A stretch of DNA of 56,735 bases from an uncultured Anaerolineales bacterium (GTDB lineage Bacteria > Chloroflexota > Anaerolineae > B4-G1), in assembly GCA_964653285.1 (NCBI GenBank), contig CAZZEX010000021.1:1-56735 (forward strand). The letters run 5' to 3'. A program made the translations under genes and the position numbers. This document shows, piece after piece, positions 30,765-39,450 of this stretch (position 1 is the first letter of the stretch; every line of letters starts with the position of its first letter). Under the pieces are notes generated by a model. The model was not told where the DNA came from. It ran no database searches and saw only the letters and a program-made list of their open reading frames with translations.

Positions 30765-31769
30765 TTGGCCATCGGAGGGAATATGATCAATTTGCCATCT
30801 ACACTAACCCCGTCCGCATTGCTTCGCCGCGAGGAACTACCACCATTCGTTGACGAACTGCTGCGAGGCTCCCGCTCGTTGCGCAGGGAGGGCAGGTTGC
30901 CGGAGGCCGAGCGGTGTGCGTTGGATGTCATAGAGGCCAGCCAGGAACCGGGCACCAACGTCAGCCAGGCGGTGGCCCTGATCCATCTGGCGGACGTGCA
31001 TCGTGAGATGGGCAAACTGAGACCGGCGCTGGTCGATTGTCAGAAGGCCTATCCCATCTTCCAACGCCAGCCGTCCCGCGATCAACGCCATAACGAGGCG
31101 GTAGCCGCCTATGCCCTCGGACTGGCGCACCAACTGCTCGGCAGCGAGATGGACGCGCTGAGGTGGTACCAGGAGGCGGCTCAACTGTTTGAGAGGGCCA
31201 GGGAGGACTGGGCCGCCGTCAATGCCCTGGCCCAGGTGGAGACCTGCACCCGCATCCGACGCTGGATGGAGACACTGAGCGAATACCTGACCGCTGCCCG
31301 GACCCGCAGCACGGATGCGAACCTCGGCACTGGCGTCTGGGTGCCCGTCGTTCCCTCGGACGGCGACGGAGGTGAGTTCGCCATAGTAGAGCTGAGGATA
31401 GACCAGTACAGGTTAGAGCGGGAAGCGACGGTCAACGGGGAATCGTTCCGTGTACACCCCCTGAGGGGAACCCGACGCATCTCCCTGGTGCCTGGCGTCG
31501 AGTATTATGCCTTGCAGGTTCCCGATGAAGCGCGCGGGCCTTTAGGCGCTGGCGAGGGAGACTATGCGCTGGTAGTTCGGAAGAAGGACGCAGATCGAGA
31601 GGGCCCCGGCGTGCTGGAGACACTCAGTGGGCCAGAGTTTGGCCATTTCGAGCGCGACGATGAAGGCAATATCAACTTTATTCGTCCTGATGCCCAGGTG
31701 ATCGGCGGCAAGGACATCGGCGAGGATTTCCAGGTCGGGTACATCAACGCACTGCTGAAGCCAACGTAG
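30765..31769 (+). CDS. Hypothetical protein with a TPR-like helical N-terminal half and a beta-rich C-terminal domain (possibly a degenerate LexA/S24-like fold).
   Basis: Helical repeats (AVALIHLADVHREMGK..., AYALGLAHQLLGSEMDALRWYQEAAQLFE). C-terminal GDYALVVRKKDA...GNINFIRPD recalls the S24 beta-barrel but lacks the Ser of the Ser-Lys dyad. Confidence 0.5.
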   Translation: MAIGGNMINLPSTLTPSALLRREELPPFVDELLRGSRSLRREGRLPEAERCALDVIEASQEPGTNVSQAVALIHLADVHREMGKLRPALVDCQKAYPIFQRQPSRDQRHNEAVAAYALGLAHQLLGSEMDALRWYQEAAQLFERAREDWAAVNALAQVETCTRIRRWMETLSEYLTAARTRSTDANLGTGVWVPVVPSDGDGGEFAIVELRIDQYRLEREATVNGESFRVHPLRGTRRISLVPGVEYYALQVPDEARGPLGAGEGDYALVVRKKDADREGPGVLETLSGPEFGHFERDDEGNINFIRPDAQVIGGKDIGEDFQVGYINALLKPT

Positions 31770-31874
31770 GGCCGGGATCGGCAGCGAGACTCCCCTGCTC
31801 CTGCTTGTCATTAGCTGACCTGAACCTCAAAGGCGCGTCAGCATAACTGTTGGAGCTGAAGACGCCGGACTGAC

Positions 31875-31903
31875 TTGCACACTTCAAAGAGATGTGCTAT
31901 GCT
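31875..31903 (+). promoter_or_regulatory. Candidate promoter TTGCAC-17-TGcTATGCT upstream of the AlaRS-like gene.
   Basis: -35 TTGCAC 31875-31880, -10 TATGCT 31898-31903 with extended TG. RBS GAGAGGG 9 nt before ATG 31949. Confidence 0.4.
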
Positions 31904-31948
31904 ATAAATGCCTCTGTTCTGCGCACAGTTAAATGAGAGGGCCTCGGC

Positions 31949-33286
31949 ATGAACTCCATTGAGATTCGGCGGCGCTTCGTGGACTACTACGAAGGACATG
32001 GGTTTCACCTGCTCTCTCGTGCTCCCATGCTCCATCCCTCAATCCCCATGTCTTTTGTGATGAGCGCCGGTCTGGTTCAGGTGGAAACTTCGCTGGCCCG
32101 GGCAGAGGAAAGGCATGGCGATCAGTTCGTCCTCGTGCAAGAGTGTTTCCGCCACTTCGATCTCGACAAGGTGGGTACTGATGGCACTCACCTTAGTCTG
32201 TTTGAGATGCCTGGAGCATTCGTTTTCGGGCCAAACGGAAAAGCAGAAACTGTTCGGCGAATGTGGATACTGGCAACCTCGGTCTTAGGGATAGATAAGA
32301 GCCGCATCTGGGTCTCGTACTTCAAGGGTGGAAAGATGTTGGGCGATTACCTGCCGGGTGACGAGGTGACACGCCAGGCATGGGTCAAGGTGGGGATGCC
32401 TGAGAACCGGATTGTCGGGTTAGTGGACGACAACTATTGGGTGCAAGGCGGTGGTATTGATGGGATGGAGACGCCCCGAAAAGCCGGCCCAAACACAGAG
32501 TTGTTCTACGACAGAGGGGTCGAGAGAGCATGTGGGCCAGATTGTAGACCGGGCTGCAAGTGTGGGCGTTTTGTAGAGTTCTCCAACTCCCTGTTCATCT
32601 GCCGCGAACAGGATTCACAGAGCAGGTCTCTCCGCCCGATGGCGGAACCCTTCTCCGAAACTGTCATTGGCACTGAGCGAGTGGCGATGATATTGCAGGG
32701 CACTCAATCGGTGTTTGACACAGATACCTACCGACCGATCATCACGGCTGTGCATGGTTTCGTTCGCGCACCTGACCTGCCAGAACCGTTGCTCACCGCA
32801 AGCGAACGAGTGATAGCCGATTATCTCAAGGCACTCTACTTCCTGGTGGCAGATGGCGCTCCTCCGCCAGGTAAAAACGGGCGAGAGCGCATCATCAAGA
32901 TATTGATTCGAGGTGTGATAGCGCGGCAGGTCATCCTGGGCATTCAATCCAAGGAGTTTCTGCCCACACTGATAGATTGCATTTCCCAGACGGTTCACAG
33001 CAGTTTGCGAGCGACGCCGGAGGAAGAGAGGCGACTGGTGTCCTACTTCTCAACCGAGTCACAGCGTTTCTCAAAGACCATTGAGCGTGGACGTCGCCAA
33101 CTACTGCGGTTCCTGAAAGAGAACGATGGACGCACGCTTTCTGGCCCGCAGATTGTCTGTCTGGAAAAGAAGTGGGGCCTGCCACGCCTTCTAACTGCCG
33201 CAATGTTGCGGGAGAAGGGATTGGTGTTTACGGAAGCGGAGTACGGAGAGGCGTTGGAGGTCTGGAAGCAGCAGCCCCATAACTGA
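31949..33286 (+). CDS. Stand-alone alanyl-tRNA-synthetase catalytic-core paralog (class II core plus tRNA-recognition helical domain, no editing or C-Ala domains). 445 aa.
   Basis: Collinear with the AlaRS N-terminus: IRRRFVDYYEGHGFH, motif-2-like CFRHFDLDKVGTDGTHLSLFEMPGAFVFG, ELFYDRG, FVEFSNSLF, RVIADYLKALYFLVADGAPPPGKNGRERII. Ends about 440 aa where the AlaRS editing domain would start. Confidence 0.8.
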   Translation: MNSIEIRRRFVDYYEGHGFHLLSRAPMLHPSIPMSFVMSAGLVQVETSLARAEERHGDQFVLVQECFRHFDLDKVGTDGTHLSLFEMPGAFVFGPNGKAETVRRMWILATSVLGIDKSRIWVSYFKGGKMLGDYLPGDEVTRQAWVKVGMPENRIVGLVDDNYWVQGGGIDGMETPRKAGPNTELFYDRGVERACGPDCRPGCKCGRFVEFSNSLFICREQDSQSRSLRPMAEPFSETVIGTERVAMILQGTQSVFDTDTYRPIITAVHGFVRAPDLPEPLLTASERVIADYLKALYFLVADGAPPPGKNGRERIIKILIRGVIARQVILGIQSKEFLPTLIDCISQTVHSSLRATPEEERRLVSYFSTESQRFSKTIERGRRQLLRFLKENDGRTLSGPQIVCLEKKWGLPRLLTAAMLREKGLVFTEAEYGEALEVWKQQPHN

Positions 33287-33437
33287 ATCTGCATACCTGG
33301 GAATCGTGTGCCGCAACTACATTGGTGGCCCGTTTCACTAATCCGCAACAGTGCTGTAACTCAAACGAAATCCAAAGAATGTTGACTCTGAGTTATACTA
33401 ATGCTGAGGACATAAGGATGGCGAGGAGAGTGACCCA

Positions 33438-36400
33438 ATGACCATCTCTCAAGAACTTGACAGAAAACAGTTCTTTCAACCGGTGGTGGAAACCATCAGT
33501 CTGACCCTGAGAATGCCGGCCTGCATCTGGCTTGCTGATGAGACTGGAGAAGCCCTCTGGATTGCCGCAGCTACGGAGGAGTTATCAGATGATTACATCC
33601 GCAAGGCGGTCTTGCGCCTGGATGAACCCAGCGTTGCGTCCGAAGTGGTTGCAGAACGCAAAACGGTCGTTGTGACAGACATTGCCTCCGATGACCGCTG
33701 GAAGTACAAGCCCGAAGCCGCTGACATGGGGTTGAAATCGGCTATGGTGGTACCATTGCAAGTCAAAAACAAGATCGTGGGCGTGCTTGATGTCTATGCC
33801 GACGAAGTAAGAGATTTCAGCGATTCCGAGAAGGCGCTGATTGAGGGCTTCGCCACCCAGATAGCCATCACGCAGCGTCGGATTCGGGATTTGGCGGTTT
33901 TGAACGAAGTGAGCCTGCTAATCAATTCCGAGTTACGCCCCTCCGATCTTTTCAAACGCATTGTGCAAGCCGCAGAAAGGGTGCTGGATTGTCAGCACGT
34001 CAGCATATTCCTGGTGGATAAGAGCGGTGACCTGGTGTTGGAGACCGCCTCGTCAGCAGGCATCGCACGACAGCGGTTCGCCCAAGGGGTCGGGTTGGCC
34101 GGGTGGGTAGCTAAAACCAAGCGCTCAGAACTCGTCCCGGATGCAGTCAAGCACCCCCAGTTTGTCCCCGGTCTGTCGTCAGAACTCATCAAGCGCTCGA
34201 TGTTGCTGTCGCCTATGCTCTTCAAGGACAAGGCTATTGGCGTGATCTCGGCTGATATGGACGGCCTGGGCGGCTTCAATGAGCATGATCAGATGTTACT
34301 GGAGGCATTGGCAAGTCAAGCCGCCGTGGCTGTACGCAATGCGAGATTGTTTGAGCAGCGGGAATTGCTTCGAGAGATCGCTCGGGACGTCACCAAGGTG
34401 CGAGGAACAGAAGAACTTCTGGAGGAGATATTAAGACGCTCCTTGACTTTGCTTGATTGTGAGGTTGGTTCGATTGCCCTGTTGAATGAGACTACCGGTG
34501 AACTGGAGTTTCGCTATGCGATTGGCAAGTCCGTCGGGATCTGCCTTCCGGTTGATAAGGGGCTCATGACTGCGGCGGCCCGAGAGCGTAGGCCGGTGCG
34601 AATCGGGGACGTTACGAAGGATAAGAGGTATGTTTGTCACGTAGACTCAACGCGCTCTGAACTAGACATGCCCTTGCTGGCACGTGGGAAGGCGATCGGA
34701 GTGCTAAACTTCGAGAGTCCATACTACAATGCCTTTGATGAGGACGATGAGATGTTGGCTCATGCATTGGCCGACCATGCAGCAATCGCCCTCTACAATG
34801 CACAGCAAGGTGAGCGGCTAAGTACGCTAGTCAAAGTAGGGCAAGATTTGACCTCCGAAATCCATTTGGAACGGGATGAGATACTAGAGTTGATCTACGA
34901 ACAAGCCCGCAGACTAACGGGTACTCAAGACATGTACATCGCCCTGTACGACGATGAGTCGAACAGAATCCGCTTTGGGTTGGCAATGGAAGATGGAAAA
35001 CGAGTAGAAGTAGGTGTAGGCGGATGGTCTCCCCGTGAAGCCGATCTGGAAAAAAGAGGGAAGACGGAAGAGATCATCCTGATCAAAGAGCCAATCCTGC
35101 ACAGGACGCTGGACGAATCGACAAAGTGGTATGAGGAGCCTGGACACAAGGAATTCCTCGGTCGAGTCGCTACATCTTGGATGGGTGTTCCCATGGTTCT
35201 AGGGGACAGGGTTCTAGGCGTGATCGCCATCTACGATTGGGAGCGCGAGTACGCCTACGACGAGCAGGATCTGCAGGTCATATCCTCTATGGCCAGCCAA
35301 GCCGCGATTGCTTTGGATAATGCAGATCTATACCATCGGCGTCTCAAGGGTCTGGATGCGCTGAACCAGGTGGGACAGGTCCTTAGTTCCAGTGTTTGGC
35401 TGGAGCAAACGGAGATACTAGAGTTGATCTACGAACAAGCCCGCAGACTAACGGGTACTCAAGACATGTACATCGCCCTGTACGACGATGAGTCGAACAG
35501 AATCCGCTTTGGGTTGGCAATGGAAGATGGAAAACGAGTAGAAGTAGGTGTAGGCGGATGGTCTCCCCGTGAAGCCGATCTGGAAAAAAGAGGGAAGACG
35601 GAAGAGATCATCCTGATCAAAGAGCCAATCCTGCACAGGACGCTGGACGAATCGACAAAGTGGTATGAGGAGCCTGGACACAAGGAATTCCTCGGTCGAG
35701 TCGCTACATCTTGGATGGGTGTTCCCATGGTTCTAGGGGACAGGGTTCTAGGCGTGATCGCCATCTACGATTGGGAGCGCGAGTACGCCTACGACGAGCA
35801 GGATCTGCAGGTCATATCCTCTATGGCCAATCAGGCGGCAATCGCGCTGAACAATGCAGCTTTGTACCAGCAGGTGGAGACAGTGCGGAGCGTTGCCAAC
35901 GCCATCACTACAGAGTTGGACCCGCAAGCCTGTATGGAACGTATTCTTGACGAGACGATGAAGCTATTGGGTGTCCATTACGCTACCATTCAATTGGTAG
36001 ACAAGGCGACCGATGAACTGGTCATACGTGCACAGAGAGGCGTAGAAGGGAGGATACTGGCACCTGATCTATACAGAATCAAGATAGGCGAAGGAATCAC
36101 AGGTGTAGCAGCCCAGGGTAAGCGGACGATTAGAGTGGGCAACGTGGACGATGTCGGGTACTATCTGGATTACATTGAGGGCACGCGCTCAGAAATGGCA
36201 ACGCCGTTGATCCAGCGTGGGGAAGTGATCGGTGTGCTTAACGTAGAGGATCCAAGAGAAAATGTTTTTGATCAAGACGACGAAGATTTATTCGAACTGC
36301 TGGCGGAGGAAGTAGTGGTCGCGATCCAGAATGCTGCGCTCTTTGAAGAAAAGGATCAAGCTCTAAGGTCGCTGCGGGAGGAGCAAAGGAAAAGCAGGGC

Positions 36401-37085
36401 TGCCGAACGTTTAGCAGCAGTAAACACCGTAGCGGCAGGGTTTGTGCATAGAATGAACAATGTTGCTGGCACGATACCGGTGCGTGTTGGGCAAATCAAA
36501 GAACTGTTGGATCCAGGCGATCCGAAATATTCCAAGATTGCCCATTTTCTGGGTGCTATAAACAGGGATGTCGATGGCATCCTCAGAACCGCGAAGACTA
36601 TTAGGTCATCCACCGAAGCCACGGAACCTCTCGAGCTGGTAAATGTTGCTCTTCTGGTTTCCAGTGCAATCGAAAGAATCGCATTACCCACGGGCATAAC
36701 AGTCTGCAACCAGTGCGAGCAGGATCTGCCCGACGTGCTTGTTTTCAGCGGTAAGCTCATAGATGCTCTAGAGAACCTTATTCGAAATGGCATTGAAGCC
36801 ATTAAAGGGTCGGGTTCAGTTACTATAGCATGCAGAACATCGGTGAAAGAGGATCAGGAGTGGGTAGCCATTGAGATAGAGGATACAGGCCGTGGCATTT
36901 CTTCCGAGGATTTGCCCAGGATCTTTGACCTGTTCTTTTCCACCAAGGGTGGAATGGGCTTTGGCCTTTGGGGAGCCAGAACGCTTGTCGAGAGCCTGGG
37001 GGGCAGGATTGACGTATCAAGTGAGTTCGGTAAAGGTACGACTTTCACGATCCTTCTACCGGTGGAGAAGGAGGCGCAGAGATGA
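33438..37085 (+). CDS. Cytoplasmic multi-GAF sensor histidine kinase (about 6 GAF domains plus HisKA plus HATPase_c).
   Basis: Repeated GAF signatures. H-box ...AAGFVHRMNNVAGTIP.... ATP-lid/G-boxes IEDTGRGIS, GGMGFGLW. No TM segments. Confidence 0.9.
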   Translation: MTISQELDRKQFFQPVVETISLTLRMPACIWLADETGEALWIAAATEELSDDYIRKAVLRLDEPSVASEVVAERKTVVVTDIASDDRWKYKPEAADMGLKSAMVVPLQVKNKIVGVLDVYADEVRDFSDSEKALIEGFATQIAITQRRIRDLAVLNEVSLLINSELRPSDLFKRIVQAAERVLDCQHVSIFLVDKSGDLVLETASSAGIARQRFAQGVGLAGWVAKTKRSELVPDAVKHPQFVPGLSSELIKRSMLLSPMLFKDKAIGVISADMDGLGGFNEHDQMLLEALASQAAVAVRNARLFEQRELLREIARDVTKVRGTEELLEEILRRSLTLLDCEVGSIALLNETTGELEFRYAIGKSVGICLPVDKGLMTAAARERRPVRIGDVTKDKRYVCHVDSTRSELDMPLLARGKAIGVLNFESPYYNAFDEDDEMLAHALADHAAIALYNAQQGERLSTLVKVGQDLTSEIHLERDEILELIYEQARRLTGTQDMYIALYDDESNRIRFGLAMEDGKRVEVGVGGWSPREADLEKRGKTEEIILIKEPILHRTLDESTKWYEEPGHKEFLGRVATSWMGVPMVLGDRVLGVIAIYDWEREYAYDEQDLQVISSMASQAAIALDNADLYHRRLKGLDALNQVGQVLSSSVWLEQTEILELIYEQARRLTGTQDMYIALYDDESNRIRFGLAMEDGKRVEVGVGGWSPREADLEKRGKTEEIILIKEPILHRTLDESTKWYEEPGHKEFLGRVATSWMGVPMVLGDRVLGVIAIYDWEREYAYDEQDLQVISSMANQAAIALNNAALYQQVETVRSVANAITTELDPQACMERILDETMKLLGVHYATIQLVDKATDELVIRAQRGVEGRILAPDLYRIKIGEGITGVAAQGKRTIRVGNVDDVGYYLDYIEGTRSEMATPLIQRGEVIGVLNVEDPRENVFDQDDEDLFELLAEEVVVAIQNAALFEEKDQALRSLREEQRKSRAAERLAAVNTVAAGFVHRMNNVAGTIPVRVGQIKELLDPGDPKYSKIAHFLGAINRDVDGILRTAKTIRSSTEATEPLELVNVALLVSSAIERIALPTGITVCNQCEQDLPDVLVFSGKLIDALENLIRNGIEAIKGSGSVTIACRTSVKEDQEWVAIEIEDTGRGISSEDLPRIFDLFFSTKGGMGFGLWGARTLVESLGGRIDVSSEFGKGTTFTILLPVEKEAQR
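34877..35828. repeat. Perfect 418-bp direct repeat with 534-bp period (34877-35294 equals 35411-35828), an in-frame duplication of one GAF domain inside the kinase gene.
   Basis: Identical antisense ORFs are reported at 34914/35448 and 34925/35459. Aligning the two copies shows divergence only after ..ATGGCCA (SSMASQ vs SSMANQ). Confidence 0.9.
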
Positions 37086-37471
37086 GCGACAGACGCATTC
37101 CCCGTATCCTGGTCGTGGACAGCGAGCCCAAGTGGAGTCAAGCGGTAAAAGCCACTTTGGAAGAACATGGGAAGTACTACGTTGTAAATGTCGGTGATAG
37201 TGAGACTGCTTTGAAATCTTCCTATGGTGACGGCTTTGACCTCATCCTCATCAATGCTACCCTTGCCCTTGGAGAGAACATGCCCAAGTTCGAGGAGATA
37301 GTGCGTCTATACGCAGATAAGGTACTGGTCATTTCCGACGTGCGTTCGATATCAACGGCCATAAAAGTGTTTAAGATGGGAGCGGACTATGCAGAGAAGC
37401 CGTTCGAGCCAAGACGAGTCATAGATCTGGTAGCGAGTCGCTTGCAGCAGGCATACGGAACTGCGAGCTAG
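37082..37471 (+). CDS. Single-domain receiver (REC) protein, likely a pseudo-receiver (phospho-acceptor Asp replaced by Asn).
   Basis: ILVVDSEPKW...FDLILIN(ATLALGE)NMP...VLVISD...EKPF. T/S and K are conserved; D57-equivalent reads N and D13-equivalent reads S. Start overlaps the HK stop (ATGA). Confidence 0.7.
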   Translation: MSDRRIPRILVVDSEPKWSQAVKATLEEHGKYYVVNVGDSETALKSSYGDGFDLILINATLALGENMPKFEEIVRLYADKVLVISDVRSISTAIKVFKMGADYAEKPFEPRRVIDLVASRLQQAYGTAS

Positions 37472-37494
37472 CGTCACACGAGGAGGAGAGTAAA

Positions 37495-38352
37495 ATGGAG
37501 ACCTTACCCCAAGACCGTCCACGCGTGCTCATTGTGGATGATCAACCGAACTGGCGGGAAGCGTTGTGCGAATTACTGGATCCCACCAAGTACGAGATTG
37601 AGACAGCAGCCAGCTACGATGAGGCCAAGCGTAAACTACGGCAACGCGCCTTCCACGTACTGGTGGCTGACCAGAGGCTGGTGGACGCTCAGGTGAACAA
37701 CATACAAGGCATCCTTTTGTTGGACGAAGTGAACAAGCTTCGGGATGGAACCCAGGCCATCATCGTGACAGGTTATCCGTCAATCGAGGCGGCCAAGGAT
37801 GCACTGAAGGGGCGTGCTGCCTACGACTACATATTTAAGTCCCCGGAAGAGAGTGAGCCGCCATTCAATATCCAGTACCGGGAACGGGTTAAAGAAGCCA
37901 CCGAGGAGGCGGAGCTGGAGCGACAGAAGGCAATTACGTTGGGCTTTTCAGTGTCGTCACTGATCGCGGGCTTAACTTATGAGCGAATTGCTGAAACCTT
38001 GTTCCCCGCAGGCACGGTGTCCCAAGATTTGCTGGAGGGTGTTAAGAGAGTGCTACATAGGCTACTTTACCCGCTCCAGCCCTTGGCGCGTCAGATGGGT
38101 AGAGTTTGGCTGTCGGAGTCAGATCAAACATGTGAGGTTCTTTGTTGGAGTAGAAATCGCGGCAAAGCAGCTTTGATCAGGATCGGTAGAGAAAGACTCT
38201 CGTTAGACGACCGTAAACCCGAATGGCTTAAGGAGAGTTGGCGTTCGATTAAGGACGAGCAGTTCGCGTCCGTTCCACTTGTAGGAATCTCGTACACGAT
38301 TGATGATATGATGTTTGAGGACTTCGTAGCTTTGGTTAAGGAAGAAGATTAG
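37495..38352 (+). CDS. Receiver domain protein with a roughly 150-aa uncharacterised C-terminal domain (no HTH).
   Basis: VLIVDDQPNWREAL...HVLVADQRL...IIVTGYPS...IFKSP. The C-terminus is unassigned. Confidence 0.7.
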   Translation: METLPQDRPRVLIVDDQPNWREALCELLDPTKYEIETAASYDEAKRKLRQRAFHVLVADQRLVDAQVNNIQGILLLDEVNKLRDGTQAIIVTGYPSIEAAKDALKGRAAYDYIFKSPEESEPPFNIQYRERVKEATEEAELERQKAITLGFSVSSLIAGLTYERIAETLFPAGTVSQDLLEGVKRVLHRLLYPLQPLARQMGRVWLSESDQTCEVLCWSRNRGKAALIRIGRERLSLDDRKPEWLKESWRSIKDEQFASVPLVGISYTIDDMMFEDFVALVKEED

Positions 38353-38353
38353 T

Positions 38354-39358
38354 ATGGGACCGAAGCCGAAGAAGCGCATACTGGTGATAGAGGATCAACC
38401 TAATTGGCAGGACCTAATTGGTGAATTGATCCAGGAAGTCGCTGATGAGATTGGATGCGCAATCGAAGTGGTGATCGCGACTCGCTTTGTGGAGGCATTG
38501 AAGAGCATCGCGGCAACGTTCTACGACTGTGTTACTGTTGACAACGCTCTCCCGGATGGCAAGATGGCAAGGGCGCTAATCGATCGTATCGGGAATCTTG
38601 GCTACAGAGTTCCAGTTGTCGTTGTAAGCGGACAGGTGAAACCAAGCGACGTTGGAGATTTCTTCCAGGACTACAGAATTGACGGGTTCTTTTGGAAGGG
38701 AGAAGATTTCGAGCCGAAGAAATTCAAAAACACACTTGCAAGGCTACTCGCGCCTGTCAAGAAAGGTGAGGAACTGCAAGGACTGCAGCGCAAGGAAAGA
38801 GGAGACAGACTTATGGACTGGAACACAATCATTAGCCTGGCTGTATCCGCTGTGTCACCGTACGCCGTCGCATTTGCGACGAGCGCCGCAACTGTCGCTG
38901 GAAAGGAGCTGGTCGAGACAGCTTCCGAAAGTATTAAAAGGCTGTGGCAATGGATTAATCAGACTATCAGCAAAAGCAATGATAAGTCCGCTAGGAAAGT
39001 ATGGGAGGGCTTCAAGAAGGATCCCCGTAGCAACAAGGATGCTTTGGTTGACGCCATCTGGCGGCTGAGTCCAGATGATGATACGGTTCTGCGCGGATAT
39101 GTGCGGGGGCTCATTCAGGAAGTGCAACTCCGAAAAGGCGCACTGTTGTTTTCTTTGCTTGACAATCCCGACTATTACACCTTCAACGATCTGAAGCGTA
39201 TCTGCAGTCGAGTTAGCCCGCAATGGGAAGGCGAGACAGGGCCCCCGACGCGTGAGGGCTTGGCACGCTGGGTCGTCACCTATGTTCCAACAAGGAACAG
39301 ACAGCAAGATTTGATTGCAGCCATGCTGGAAGTGAATCCAACCGTAATGCTGCAATAG
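38354..39358 (+). CDS. Receiver domain protein with a helical middle region and a C-terminal module resembling an effector-associated (EAD/death-like) domain.
   Basis: ILVIEDQPNWQDL...CVTVDNALPDG...VVVVSGQ...FFWKGEDF. C-terminal ...YTFNDLKRICSRV...GETGPPTREGLARWVVTYVPTRNRQQDLIAAMLEVNPT fits the F..eL..lC...G......r.kA.eLV.y.e..r.....L...L pattern of EAD-type adaptor domains. Confidence 0.65.
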   Translation: MGPKPKKRILVIEDQPNWQDLIGELIQEVADEIGCAIEVVIATRFVEALKSIAATFYDCVTVDNALPDGKMARALIDRIGNLGYRVPVVVVSGQVKPSDVGDFFQDYRIDGFFWKGEDFEPKKFKNTLARLLAPVKKGEELQGLQRKERGDRLMDWNTIISLAVSAVSPYAVAFATSAATVAGKELVETASESIKRLWQWINQTISKSNDKSARKVWEGFKKDPRSNKDALVDAIWRLSPDDDTVLRGYVRGLIQEVQLRKGALLFSLLDNPDYYTFNDLKRICSRVSPQWEGETGPPTREGLARWVVTYVPTRNRQQDLIAAMLEVNPTVMLQ

Positions 39359-39450
39359 CCTGGACGCATAAGGCGCGGATAGGCTGGCTATCACCGCTAC
39401 CTCCGCGCCTTCTTTCGCGTTGACTGTCCCCACAGAATCGGATCGCTGCT

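Noticed and set aside
33290-33437. Promoter TTGACT...TATACT upstream of the GAF kinase
   Set aside because: Spacing between the TTGACT and any -10-like hexamer is only 6-11 bp, which is not a credible sigma70 geometry. Left unannotated.
34914-35764. Two pairs of identical minus-strand ORFs (34914/35448 and 34925/35459)
   Set aside because: They lie antisense within the GAF histidine kinase gene. Their identity merely reflects the 418-bp tandem duplication and they are not separate genes.
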